From contig OX597818.1 in NCBI GenBank assembly GCA_951406725.2, forward strand, positions 46,190,001 through 46,254,000: DNA of 64,000 nucleotides. Direction: 5' to 3'. The position numbers were made by a program, and so were the translations under genes. The notes beneath the pieces are model-generated. The model had not been told where the DNA came from. It ran no database searches and saw only the letters and a program-made list of their open reading frames with translations. The stretch is from Octopus vulgaris (Eukaryota). Position 1 is the stretch's first letter. Every line of letters starts with the position of its first letter. This document shows, in pieces, positions 63,401 through 64,000 of the stretch.

Positions 63401-64000
63401 AAATTCTTTTTTGCCAAACTGCTAAGTTAAGGAATCCTGTATGATAACAATAAAAAATAAGTATGAATATAACCACTATTGTCAACAATATTATGATGAT
63501 GAAGCACTACATTAAATACCCTTCTGTATTTAATTTTATCCATCTGTGGATATTAATATTTAAGTTTTATCCCAAGTGAAATATAATAATCTTTGCAGAA
63601 TTCTCAGCATTATACCATTGTCAGGGCTCATCATCATTTTTCTAATCTTTCTTTTTATGAATACTATCATCATCATCATCATTATCATCATTTAATGTCC
63701 ATGTTCTTAGGGACTTTGTCAGAATCTGATGGGTCCAAGGATTGCATTGTACTCCAGTGTCTGCTTAGCCAGACTTTTATGGCTGTATGCCCTTCCTAAA
63801 ACAAACCACTTTACAGCATGTACTGATATGTCACCAGCTCTATTGGAGTTACCATGCAGCTTGCAAAACTATAAACCCTGAGGGGTAGGAGATTGGTTTT
63901 ATACTAAGAGATAAATGGTTAAAGTATGAGAGGGTGTGCAGAGCAGTTTCTTGTTTTGGAGGAACTATATGCTTATTCATGTTTAGAAAAGAGGGTGAGA

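Noticed and set aside
56346-64000. Next GDPD5-like exon (phase 2, expected to complete the FNW motif)
   Set aside because: No acceptor with a matching frame found by eye; probably beyond the window.

Overview
AT-rich metazoan genomic DNA, most likely a coleoid cephalopod (Octopus-type), inferred from the repeat families and the dense (TA)n/(CA)n/(CAT)n microsatellites. It is not prokaryotic: no operons, rRNA or CRISPR. Almost the whole window is intronic sequence of one + strand gene, a GDPD5/GDE2-like membrane glycerophosphodiester phosphodiesterase. Its first coding exon (CDS 1874-1990) is separated by a ~54 kb intron from the next coding exon (56242-56345), and the gene continues beyond the window. 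A candidate alternative first coding exon at 19665-19763 would replace the conserved Cys-rich N-terminus. The intron is filled with transposon relics: RTE LINEs with a PHD-type finger inside the RT and an expandable hairpin-repeat 3' UTR, a BovB-like RTE, two Penelope-like elements, a (TAA)n-inserted Dong/R4 fragment, a maT/Tc1-mariner element, a Helitron, hAT and piggyBac MITEs, and several SINE families. The most notable hidden signal is a set of about eight intact-to-decayed minimal hammerhead-ribozyme motifs, one apparently on a tRNA-headed SINE-like element. All calls were made by eye, and TE boundaries are approximate unless a TSD or terminus is quoted.
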